Below are positions 1-8,800 of a stretch of DNA of 35,408 nucleotides, piece after piece. Location: positions 1 to 35,408 of the forward strand of contig JWZX01002366.1 of NCBI GenBank assembly GCA_001275005.1, read 5' to 3'. Position numbers and translations under genes: made by a program. The DNA comes from Chrysochromulina tobinii. Lineage: Eukaryota. Each line of letters opens with the position of its first letter. Within the stretch, counting starts at the first letter, position 1. The notes under the pieces were generated by a model. The model was not told the origin of the DNA. It saw nothing but the letters and a program-made list of their open reading frames with translations, and did not search any database.

Positions 1-623
1 GACACATACAACACAACACGTGAGCCACAACCAGGCGAGCGCACGTGCGCCCACGTGTCTAGGCGCGCGTCAAAGTGGCCCATGTCTCAGTTGCATCTCA
101 CAGTCGCACCTCCGACCTCGACGAGAAGATTAATCTAGTTAATAGTCGTATTACACCGCGCATCTGCCCGAGAGCCTCTCGGAACACTTTCGACTTTGGT
201 GGTGAGGTGTAAGAGGTGGTTGCCTCGCCATATCCACCACCGACAGTTGAGGCGGCTCGTACCACCCATGGACCTCGCGGGCATCATGACCGCTACCTAG
301 CGCATGTTGTTTCTTGGCCTCTCCAGGTTCCGGACAATCGGCATTCGGTCGCAAAGACGCCCATCGTGGCGCTTCGACCCTCCCCGCACAGACCCCCTAT
401 CCGGGAAACGCCCGACCCGCCTGCTGTTGTAAAGGCTTCGCTTTGTGGGTCCGCTGATCTCTTGGCCTTTTGCCGCCCAGCTGCTGTCGCGGACCTGCAC
501 CCCTGCAAGCTGACCGCTCACCTGTTCCTTCCCTCTCTCTGCAGGCAGCTGACTCGACCGGAGCCTTATCTGAGCCAGCTCAGCAGCCACCCAGCCGCCG
601 CCTATAGTATCAGCGCGAGCGCC

Positions 624-2069
624 ATGCCGCCTGCACCAGACTACCTCATCCTCAAGCGCCGGGCGCAGGAGGCGGACCGGATTGTGATGGAGGGCGTCGT
701 CAAAGCCAACTGGATTGCCGGAGCCAACGCTGAGTGGGAGATCAAGACGACGGGATACGTTGAGGAGACCCAAGCGCAGCGCCGTTACGACTCCATTCGC
801 GCTGCGGACGAGGCGGCGCTCAACGCGCGACGGCTGCGGCTGTCGCAGATGCTCCAGGCGGAGCAGGCGATGCACCAGCAGCAGCTCGAGGATCTGGAGC
901 CGAACCCGGCCGAGCGGAAGGCGCGCATGGAGGCGCGCGCCGCCGAGCTCAAGGAGAAGCGTGAGAGCGAGCGCCTCGCGTTCGTGCGGCAGCAGTACGA
1001 GCGGCAGTGGCGCATGGCGTGCGATCCGTTGCGAGAGCAGGAGTCCAAGGAGATCCTGAAGGCGACCAGTGCGGCGCGTGCCTACCAGATCGGCGAGAAG
1101 ATGAAGTCGCTCGAGCTCGAGGAGCAGGAGAACCGCGCCTTTGACGAGATGTGGGAGCAGGACCGGCTCGCCAAGCTCGGGCGCGAGGAGGCGGAGGATG
1201 AGGCGCGAAAGCAGATGGACTTGCAGCACAAGCTCGTGCTCGACCAGCAGGTCAACGAGCTTGCGAGCTACCGCGACCAGGAGCGCCGCCTTGCCATGGA
1301 GGAGGCAGCGCTCATGCAGGAGTCCTGGCAGATGGAGCGTGAGGAGGAGCGACGCGTGGCCGCGGCGCGGCAGGCGGTCATCGACAGCGCGCAGAAGGAG
1401 CTCAACGGCTTCAACAAGCAGCGCAAGACCGCGCTCGCCAACGCCATCGACCAGGAGCGCAAGGAAGACGCCGAGCGGCTCGCGGCCGTGCTCGCCAAGG
1501 AGAAGGCCGAGGACGAGCGCGAGGCGAGGGCGCATGCCTCCATGCAGGAGGAGACGCGTAAGTTCGGCGCGGCCATGATGGCCCAGAAGCGCGCGATCGC
1601 GTCGGCGGAGGGGGAGATGGAGGCGGCGCGCAAGCAGGAGCTCAACAAGGCCTGGGACAAGCGGCTGGCCGTGTGGCAAAAGGAGCAGGAGGCGCGCGAG
1701 AACCTGCTCGCGCAAGTGTTGGCGGAGCGCAGAGACCAGGTGCAGTGGAAGCTCAAGCAGGTCAAAATCGACAAGGAGAAGGCGGCGGCGGCGCGCGCGA
1801 AGCTCGAGCTCGAGCTCTCCAAGGTCAACCAGATCGAGAAGCACAAAACAGAAGAGGCGCACCAGACGCGCATGATGCACCGTGCGATCCTCGAGAACCA
1901 GATCAAGGCCAAGGCATTCGACCGCGCGGCGGGCATGTTCAACAAGGCGCAGGAGCGTTCGATGGCCGAGCGCGCCGAGGCCGCCTACCAGATGATGCTC
2001 AACGACCAGATGGCGAAGACATCCATGACGATGAACAAGTTCTCCGAGGCAACACTGATGAAGCACTGA
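624..2069 (+). CDS. CFAP53: Cilia- and flagella-associated protein 53-like (CCDC11/trichoplein-type coiled-coil protein), 481 aa
   Basis: ATG at 624 (GCCATGC) marks the start of strongly GC3-biased coding sequence. The protein is a long E/R/K/Q/A coiled coil, with motifs 'LNARRLRLSQMLQAE' and 'YERQWRMACDPLR' and a length typical of the CFAP53 family. Confidence 0.75.
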   Translation: MPPAPDYLILKRRAQEADRIVMEGVVKANWIAGANAEWEIKTTGYVEETQAQRRYDSIRAADEAALNARRLRLSQMLQAEQAMHQQQLEDLEPNPAERKARMEARAAELKEKRESERLAFVRQQYERQWRMACDPLREQESKEILKATSAARAYQIGEKMKSLELEEQENRAFDEMWEQDRLAKLGREEAEDEARKQMDLQHKLVLDQQVNELASYRDQERRLAMEEAALMQESWQMEREEERRVAAARQAVIDSAQKELNGFNKQRKTALANAIDQERKEDAERLAAVLAKEKAEDEREARAHASMQEETRKFGAAMMAQKRAIASAEGEMEAARKQELNKAWDKRLAVWQKEQEARENLLAQVLAERRDQVQWKLKQVKIDKEKAAAARAKLELELSKVNQIEKHKTEEAHQTRMMHRAILENQIKAKAFDRAAGMFNKAQERSMAERAEAAYQMMLNDQMAKTSMTMNKFSEATLMKH

Positions 2070-2830
2070 TGAAGCGCTCCTGCAACTCATTCCCTCTTCG
2101 AGTTTGTCTCGACGAGCGAGGGTTCTGCGGCGGCGCAGCGACGCGGCACAGTTCATCATGGACGGTGCCGCCGTCCTGCTATGTGCGCGGGGGCGTCGCG
2201 GCACGCTTCGCTTTCGGTGCCTCGGCGTGTATGTGTGACTGTGGACATGCGAGGTCGATGTGCACATGACTCTGTCAACCGGGGTAAATCCGGGCGCGAA
2301 TCGACGCTGCTTGCGTGGTGCGATGCGAAAGGTCCTTGTTAACAAAACTGAGCGTATTTACGCACGTTCCGCCGCTGCGGACTGTCGACCGTTGGGCGTT
2401 CTTGCACGAAGGTCGAAGCCGCCCAAAAGGCAAAACGACGTCCCCCGCGGATATGGCGCGATATGGACGTTCTCTCCATGCGAATGTTCGAATCGGCGCG
2501 GACGGCGGACCCCGTCGGGGACTGCGACTCGGACGCGGCGCCCCGGCGGGACGAGGTAGCTACGTTCACCGACTCGCGTCACCAATGTACCCGGTGGCCC
2601 GTACAGCCCGGCCGTATGCCGGCACAATCATCAAGTTGTTCCGTCGCCCGGTCCGCCACGCCATAGTCCATTCGAGCAAGGTCCAGTCCTGCCCTCCCCC
2701 GTCCCCGACGTCGATACCCACACTGGAGTCCTACTCGCGGCGGCCCTCCTCGGCGGCCCTCCTCTGACTCTCCCCATTCAGATCACTAGGCCGCAGGAGC
2801 GGCTGACACCCCGTCGCTCTCGGCACCGGC

Positions 2831-2958
2831 CGGCGCTTGGGCCTCCATCGGCATCCCTTGTCGGCTGCCCCACGGCCCGGGCGCCGTCACGGCGCTTGGG
2901 CCTCCATCGGCGTCGCTCCCGTCGGCTGCCCCATAGCCTCCACGGGCGCCGTCACGGG
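2831..2958. repeat. Degenerate two-copy tandem repeat (66-nt unit, APVTAPVEAMGQPTGATPMEAQ) at the Sec12-like C-terminus
   Basis: CGGCGCTTGGGCCTCCATCGGC occurs at 2831 and 2890, and GGGCGCCGTCACGG at 2879 and 2944. The distal copy carries small deletions. Confidence 0.85.
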
Positions 2959-5712
2959 CGCCGGCAGACTGAGGTAAGGGCCAGCCAGTCGGAGGGCCTC
3001 GTGAGTGAGCGAGAGGACCCGCGCACCGACGATGGTCGCCTCGCCGGGGTACTGCACGACCAGAGCAACGAGCAGCACGAGCACGCTCAGCCAGAACAAG
3101 GGCGAGCCGAGAAGGCCGCCGCCACCCTTGAGCTTGGTGCTCGGTACGGTGGTGAAGACACATGTGTTGTCGCCGCCGAGCGTGACGGCCGTATACGCGC
3201 GCGGCTCGGTTGCCTTGGCAAGCGTCGCGAGGCCGGAGGGCGGCGCCGCACGCAGCAGCAGGCCAGTGATCCAGATCTCATGCGGCACCACTTTGAGCAA
3301 TTTCGTCAGCGTGCGGCCATCGACCAGGTGAAGCGCGCCGTCGTTGTCGCCCGCGGCGACCATGCGCCCGTCGGAAGAGCACGCGAGCGTCGTGAGTGGC
3401 GCCGAACCGATCTTGACGTAGCTCGTGCTTCGGCCGGAGCGCACGTCGCAGCGGACGACCCAACCAGCTCCAAAGTTGACCGCGCCAAAGAGAGGTGCGG
3501 GCGCTCGCTTTGTGCCGCCCTCGAGAGGGATGGCGAGGCTGCGCCATTGCGGCACGGGCTTGCGCCGCTTGCCGCCGCCGCCACCGCCGCCGCACAGTTT
3601 GAAGAGGCTAAATTTGGGTGGCACGATCTCCCGCGGCGCTGGCGCCGCCACGACGCCAGCGGCGGCGGCGGCGGCGGACGCGGCGGCAACGGCAGCAGCG
3701 CACGCGGCGGCGGCGGCGGTGACGGCGGCAGGAACGCCGTCGAGCGCCCACGCGAGGCATTTGCCGTCGGGCGCGGCTGTGAGGAGGAGAGAGCCGTCGG
3801 GCGCGAAGGCGGCGGCCTTGAGCTCCTTGCTGTGTTGTCGGCTGCGCCAGAGCAGGGTCCACGGGCGCGCATCACGCGCCGCGCTCGCCTCGGCAGTCAC
3901 ATCGACGACCGCGCTGTCAGCGGCTGCCTCCTTGCCAGCGATCGCTGCCGCGACGATGAGAGAGGAGGCGCCAAAGAGGAGAAGGGCGCCATCCTCCATC
4001 CCGACCGCGAGCAACTTCCCGTCGGGTGAGAAGCACGCGTGGTACGGCTTGAAGGCGTTGGGTAGATTCTGCGGGTCGGGCGTGCTCTCACGCAGCCCGG
4101 GGGGCGCGTCGGGAGGGTCGAGGCTCAGCCGCTGCACGGCCGTGAGCCTGTGGGAAGCGTCCACTGCGTACACGACCACGTCGACACCCTGGACTGTCGC
4201 GACGTGCGTGCCGGCCGCGTCGATGGCGAGGTGAGCGACTGCCTCGATGCCCGTGCCGTGCAGCGCCGTGCGCACGCACGCCCCTTCGTCCGTGATTTGC
4301 GAGAGGAGGAGCGCGTTTGAGAGGCCGTTGCGCGCCGCGCCGCCGCCGCCTCCCATGACGAGCAGTCCCTGTGCCGAGCTGCCCACTGTAAAGAGCGGGA
4401 ACTTGGACTTGAACTGCACAGTCGGTGCGGCGTCCGACTCGTCGACGGCCTGGAAGCCAACCCATCGATTGCGACCCCACGTCGTCGTCGGCACAATGTC
4501 CGGAGGTGGCTCCTCCTTCGCCCCCTCCGCTACCGGCGCCGCTTCGGGTGCGGCCGCCTCAGCCTCCACTACACTCACCGCTGCACTCTCCGCCCCTCTC
4601 GCCGCCGAAATTGGCACGATCATCGCCTGCATCACCGGCGATGCCTCCGGTGCCGCCGCGGTCGCCTCTGCCGCGGCCGCCTGCTCGGGCGCAGGGGGTG
4701 CGGCAGCGGCGGCGACGGACGACTCCTCTGCCTCTTCAGAGCTAGGTGCGCTGCCCTCGTTCCAGTCATCGCCCGACGCTCGCTCGGCCGCCTCCTCCCC
4801 CTGTACCTCGTGCCACCCATCACCCGCCACCACCGCCGATGCCTCCGCCTCCGCCTCGGCCTCGGCCTCGAACATCTCGCGCGGCGAAGGCGGCGGATCA
4901 GAGGCCCCACTCGAGGCCGCCCCACCCGAGGCCGCCCCACCGGAGGCCGCCCCACCCGAGGCCGCCGCACCCGAGGCCGCCGCACCGCCACCGCGGCAGC
5001 GAAGCATCTCGACCTCACATCGCAGCTGCTCGAACTCGGCCGAGCGCTCCTCGTAGGCGGCGCGGATGACCGCCGTAGTGTACCGCTCCTCATTGAGCCG
5101 TGCGCGCTCGAGCTCAAGCTGCTCGGCGAGCTCGCGCGCCTCGGCCTCGAGCTCTTCGGCGGCCGACATCGCACGCAACCGCTCCTCCTCGAGCTCGAGC
5201 TGCAGCGTCGCCACCTCATCTCGCAGCCGCTCCGTCTCGGCCGCGGCCGCCTCCGCGGTGGCCTCGGCCGCCCGCAGCGCGTCGAGCAGCTCCTCACGCT
5301 CGTGGCCGAGCCCCGCAGCGCTGTCGAGCGCCTCAAGCAGCTGCGCCTCCAGATGGCTCTTGGCGTGGCGCCGGCGCTCCGTCTCCGACTCGAGCGGCGT
5401 CTGCAGCGAGGCGGGTGTCCTCATCGCCGCCGGCATCGAATGCGCGTCCAGAGCGGCGGCACCGCCGCCGCCCTGGACCAGGCGGAGCTGACGGATGGTG
5501 CTCGCGAGCTCGCGCTCGGCAAGCTGGCGTGGCGATGCGAAGGTAGTCATGGTGTGGCGGCCGCGGTTTGGCGTCATCGCCGAGCGGGCCGTGGGCTCTA
5601 CCGGCGTGGCGTCCTGCGCGCTAAGCTCGCGGGCGCGGCGGTAGACCTGCGCGGCCGATTGCAACGCGCGCAGCCGGGTCACGGCCTGTGGGAAGGGCCC
5701 GTCTTCTTCCAT
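2887..5712 (-). CDS. SEC12: Sec12/PREB-like WD40 guanine-nucleotide exchange factor for Sar1, with a C-terminal TM helix and a long N-terminal coiled-coil/low-complexity extension
   Basis: Sec12 K-loop motif GGGGxxxxGLxN ('MGGGGGAARNGLSNALLL', ~4310-4356), preceded by 'FPLFTV'. WD40-like strands include 'FSPDGKLLAVGMEDG', 'AFAPDGSLLLTAAPDGKCLAW' and 'CSSDGRMVAAGDNDG'. Hydrophobic TM segment 'LFWLSVLVLLVALVVQY'. The true start and stop are uncertain. Confidence 0.75.
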   Translation of the reverse strand: MEEDGPFPQAVTRLRALQSAAQVYRRARELSAQDATPVEPTARSAMTPNRGRHTMTTFASPRQLAERELASTIRQLRLVQGGGGAAALDAHSMPAAMRTPASLQTPLESETERRRHAKSHLEAQLLEALDSAAGLGHEREELLDALRAAEATAEAAAAETERLRDEVATLQLELEEERLRAMSAAEELEAEARELAEQLELERARLNEERYTTAVIRAAYEERSAEFEQLRCEVEMLRCRGGGAAASGAAASGGAASGGAASGGAASSGASDPPPSPREMFEAEAEAEAEASAVVAGDGWHEVQGEEAAERASGDDWNEGSAPSSEEAEESSVAAAAAPPAPEQAAAAEATAAAPEASPVMQAMIVPISAARGAESAAVSVVEAEAAAPEAAPVAEGAKEEPPPDIVPTTTWGRNRWVGFQAVDESDAAPTVQFKSKFPLFTVGSSAQGLLVMGGGGGAARNGLSNALLLSQITDEGACVRTALHGTGIEAVAHLAIDAAGTHVATVQGVDVVVYAVDASHRLTAVQRLSLDPPDAPPGLRESTPDPQNLPNAFKPYHACFSPDGKLLAVGMEDGALLLFGASSLIVAAAIAGKEAAADSAVVDVTAEASAARDARPWTLLWRSRQHSKELKAAAFAPDGSLLLTAAPDGKCLAWALDGVPAAVTAAAAACAAAVAAASAAAAAAGVVAAPAPREIVPPKFSLFKLCGGGGGGGKRRKPVPQWRSLAIPLEGGTKRAPAPLFGAVNFGAGWVVRCDVRSGRSTSYVKIGSAPLTTLACSSDGRMVAAGDNDGALHLVDGRTLTKLLKVVPHEIWITGLLLRAAPPSGLATLAKATEPRAYTAVTLGGDNTCVFTTVPSTKLKGGGGLLGSPLFWLSVLVLLVALVVQYPGEATIVGARVLSLTHEALRLAGPYLSLPAPVTAPVEAMGQPTGATPMEAQAP
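4901..4989. repeat. 15-nt coding tandem repeat (GGAAS/GAAAS x ~6)
   Basis: Repeated GAGGCCGCCCCACCC-like units encode GAAASGAAASGGAASGGAASGGAASSGAS. Confidence 0.85.
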
Positions 5713-5887
5713 TGCGGAGAAAAGAGACTGATTACGCCGTTCATCAAGATCGATTCGTAAAGCCGTCTGTCAGGGGCCACCTCTCGCTCATGTGAGTGTC
5801 TTCAGAGAATTTCTGTGAAACTAGTTCACACGTTAAATTTTGCGATTTCACGGACCTACTAAAAAAGGGCGGGACCGTAGTTTGGTC

Positions 5888-8800
5888 ATGATCGGCTCGT
5901 CAAGGGGCGGCGGCCGCGGACTGCAAGGGGGTGGCCGCGGCGGTCGAGGATTGCAGATTCCTCAGCACGTGCTCACTCAGATCGACGAGCTTTCCAATCA
6001 GCGCGATGAGGCCCGAGCGCAGATCGCTGAGCTCGTTCGGATGCGCGACGATGCCCGAGCAGGATCAGGAGCTCTCCAAGCAGATTATGACCTGCTACGA
6101 GACTCGTACGCTGAGACACGTAGGGCCAAAGACCAGGCAGTGGCTGATAAAGAGAGGGCCGAGGCACTGCTTGAACTTGAATGCCAATCTGCCAATCTAG
6201 AACGATTGGAATGCAAAGTTCTCAAGGCCACTCTGGAACAGGAGCGCTGTTGCACTTCCAAAACCATCAAGGAACTCGAGAGCCTCGTCCTCACAGCCAG
6301 CAAATTAAAGGATGCGGTCACGCTCGCCTCGGGATTTGGCCCCCCGGCGAGCCCCGCATCGGCCTTCGCCTCCAGCGCGCCCGCCCCTGCTGCCTCGGTG
6401 TCACCCATCTTCGCCTTTGGCGGTGGCGGGAGCACGGCCCCCCCTTCGGGCGGACTGTTCACCTTTGGAGCTGGCGCTCCGGCCGCACCCGCGTTCGGTG
6501 AGGGTGCAGCGCCGGCCTTAGGCGGCTTTGGTGGAGGCGCATCGCCGGCATTCGGTGGGGTTGGTGCGAGCGACGCGAACCCCTTTGATGTCGGTTCTGG
6601 AGCCGGTGGGAAGCAGCGCGTAATGAAGAAGTTCAAGCGCCCAGCTACGACCAGCTCGCTCGCCCGCCCCCCCGCCCAGTCCGCCCGCCCGGAGGGTGAC
6701 GAGGACGACGACGAGGACGACGACGACGACGAGGAGGAGGAGGGCGACGAGGGCGACGAGGGCGACGAGGGCGAGGGCCAAGTGACCTCGGGCGGGAGAT
6801 CGATGCGCCCAGGAGAGCGTGCGTCGGCCGTGGAGGACAATGAAGTCAGCATAGCGGAGCACCAGTCAGCTGCCTGCCTACACGCTCTCCACCGGTGTGA
6901 CCAGCATCCTCTTCCGTTCCGTAGCTACGAGTGCCCCGTCTGCCTCGACACTGAGGATGACACGTGGAAGCAAGGGCGGCGGTGGCTCGGGCTGCCAGGA
7001 TGCGGGCACGTGGTGTGCTCGGCATGCTGCCTGACCCTCGCCCATGCGGGCTCCAACCAGTGCCCCTTGTGCCGCCAGTGCTGGCACCTGCCGCGGCTGG
7101 AAGTGGGCAGCCACGTCCGCATCGTGCACAAGGGCGTTGTGGACGCCGCCGATGACGACGAGGCCCGCGCTGGCGGCAAGGATGCAGTGGCTGTGGCCAC
7201 CAAGGGCGGGCCTGTGCCTACGTCAGGGAGCAACGGCCCACGTGGCGAGCGGCCTCGTTTCTGGAGGACAGCCGCGCAACTCTTGAACGGTCGGACGGGG
7301 CACGTCGAGGCGCTCGTCGACGCATCCAGCTCCAAAGTCGCCGTTCGGCTCGCTGAGGCAGTGGCCGACCCGAGCGAGAGTGGAGCCGAGGGAACTGGGC
7401 TCGAGGTGGCGATTGTCGGCGTCGAGAAGCAGCACTTGGTCTGCCTCAGCCCTTGGGGAGGCGGTGCCGCAGAGGGCGTTGACGAAACCGACGCCTGGTC
7501 GAGCGAGATTGTGAATCTCTCGAGCTCGATGAAGGAGGCACTCGCCAACCCCCTCGCGTACAGCATTGAGCAGCTCGAGGCGCTGGGACTTTTTCCACCC
7601 GCCCTGATACGGTGCGTGGGCTGCGAGCGTCACCTCCAACCGGCGAGCTTCTCGAGGAACCAGCTCAAGAACAAGAAAGTTGGGGGCAGCAAGTGTATGG
7701 AATGCGTGGAGCCGCTGCGGCGACCGGCCGCCCCATCAAGCATACTGCAAGCAAGCCCGGGGCACTGGATCATCCACGGCCTCGTCGGGCGCGCCGACCT
7801 CAACGGCGCGACGGCGCTGCTGCTCGGGCACGTTCGATGCCCGCGCCTCGCGCCTCGCGGTTCAGCTTGTGGCGAGCATCACTCAGACGTGGGGTGGAGA
7901 GCGCGTGTCGATCCGCCCTGCAAATCTCGTGTGGACTGCTGCCGGCGCTTCGAAGCCGCCCAAGCGCACACCGCCGCCGCCCGTCGTAGGACAGCGACAG
8001 CGCTCGCCGCCTCAGGCTGCTGCCAGCAGCACTCCCGCTCGCAACGCTCCAGCCACGAGCGCTCCTATCCCTGTGGGTGAGGCTCCAGTGGCAACCCAAG
8101 CCTCGAGGGGGGCATCCCCGATGCCGACGCCGTCGACTGTGAACCAAGCTGGTGCAACAGCCTCGCTCCCGACCTGTGCAACCGCCTCGGCTGCCTCGGT
8201 GTCGCCGTATGCTCTCGCCATGATGGCACGCACCCTCTATGATGGCCAAGCCTACGAGCTCGCTTTGCAGCTCGCACATCGTGCCCTCGAAGAGGCGGCC
8301 GCAGAGGTCGGCGGCAAGTCAGAGAACGAGGCGTCAGCGCGGCAGCGCGGCGTCACGCTGGCCCGCAACGTGCTCGCGGTCGCGGCAGACGAGCTTGCGC
8401 AGCAGGGTTGGGCGATCACCTTAGCCCTCAACGAGGCGCTTGAACGGCGAGTGCCCAACGTGCTCGCAGCCGCTCAGGCTGCTAAGCGCGCAGCGATGGA
8501 TGCGGCCGGCGCCTGCGATGCGCAGCTCGGCGATGCCGATCTGCGCTCGAAGCATAGCGTAGAGGAGCTCGGCAAGCTCGAGACCAAACGCGCGCAGTCG
8601 ACGGCGTTGCTCGAGCGCATCCTCGAGCTACTGCGCTCGCTCGAACGCGAGGAGACAGAGCAGCTGACCGGCGCGCAGGTGGCGCAGAAGACAGTCGATG
8701 AGGCCAGGGAGCAGCAGCGCGCGAGCGATGCGATGCGGGCGATGGGCATGCAGGTGCAGGCATTGTGCGAGGAGAATGAGCGACTACGTGCGGAGAGGGA

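Noticed and set aside
216..623. In-frame upstream extension of the CFAP53-like ORF from GTG 216
   Set aside because: Non-ATG start and non-coding-like composition. It includes a pyrimidine tract + CAG (~531-544) that looks more like a 5' UTR intron acceptor.
297..2345. Long antisense and alternative-frame ORFs (e.g. 297..2345 -, 15496..17556 -, 12219..13400 +, 30149..31633 +, 32679..34610 -)
   Set aside because: These are shadow ORFs expected from extreme GC3 bias opposite real genes. Their translations are R/A/L/G-rich with no motifs.
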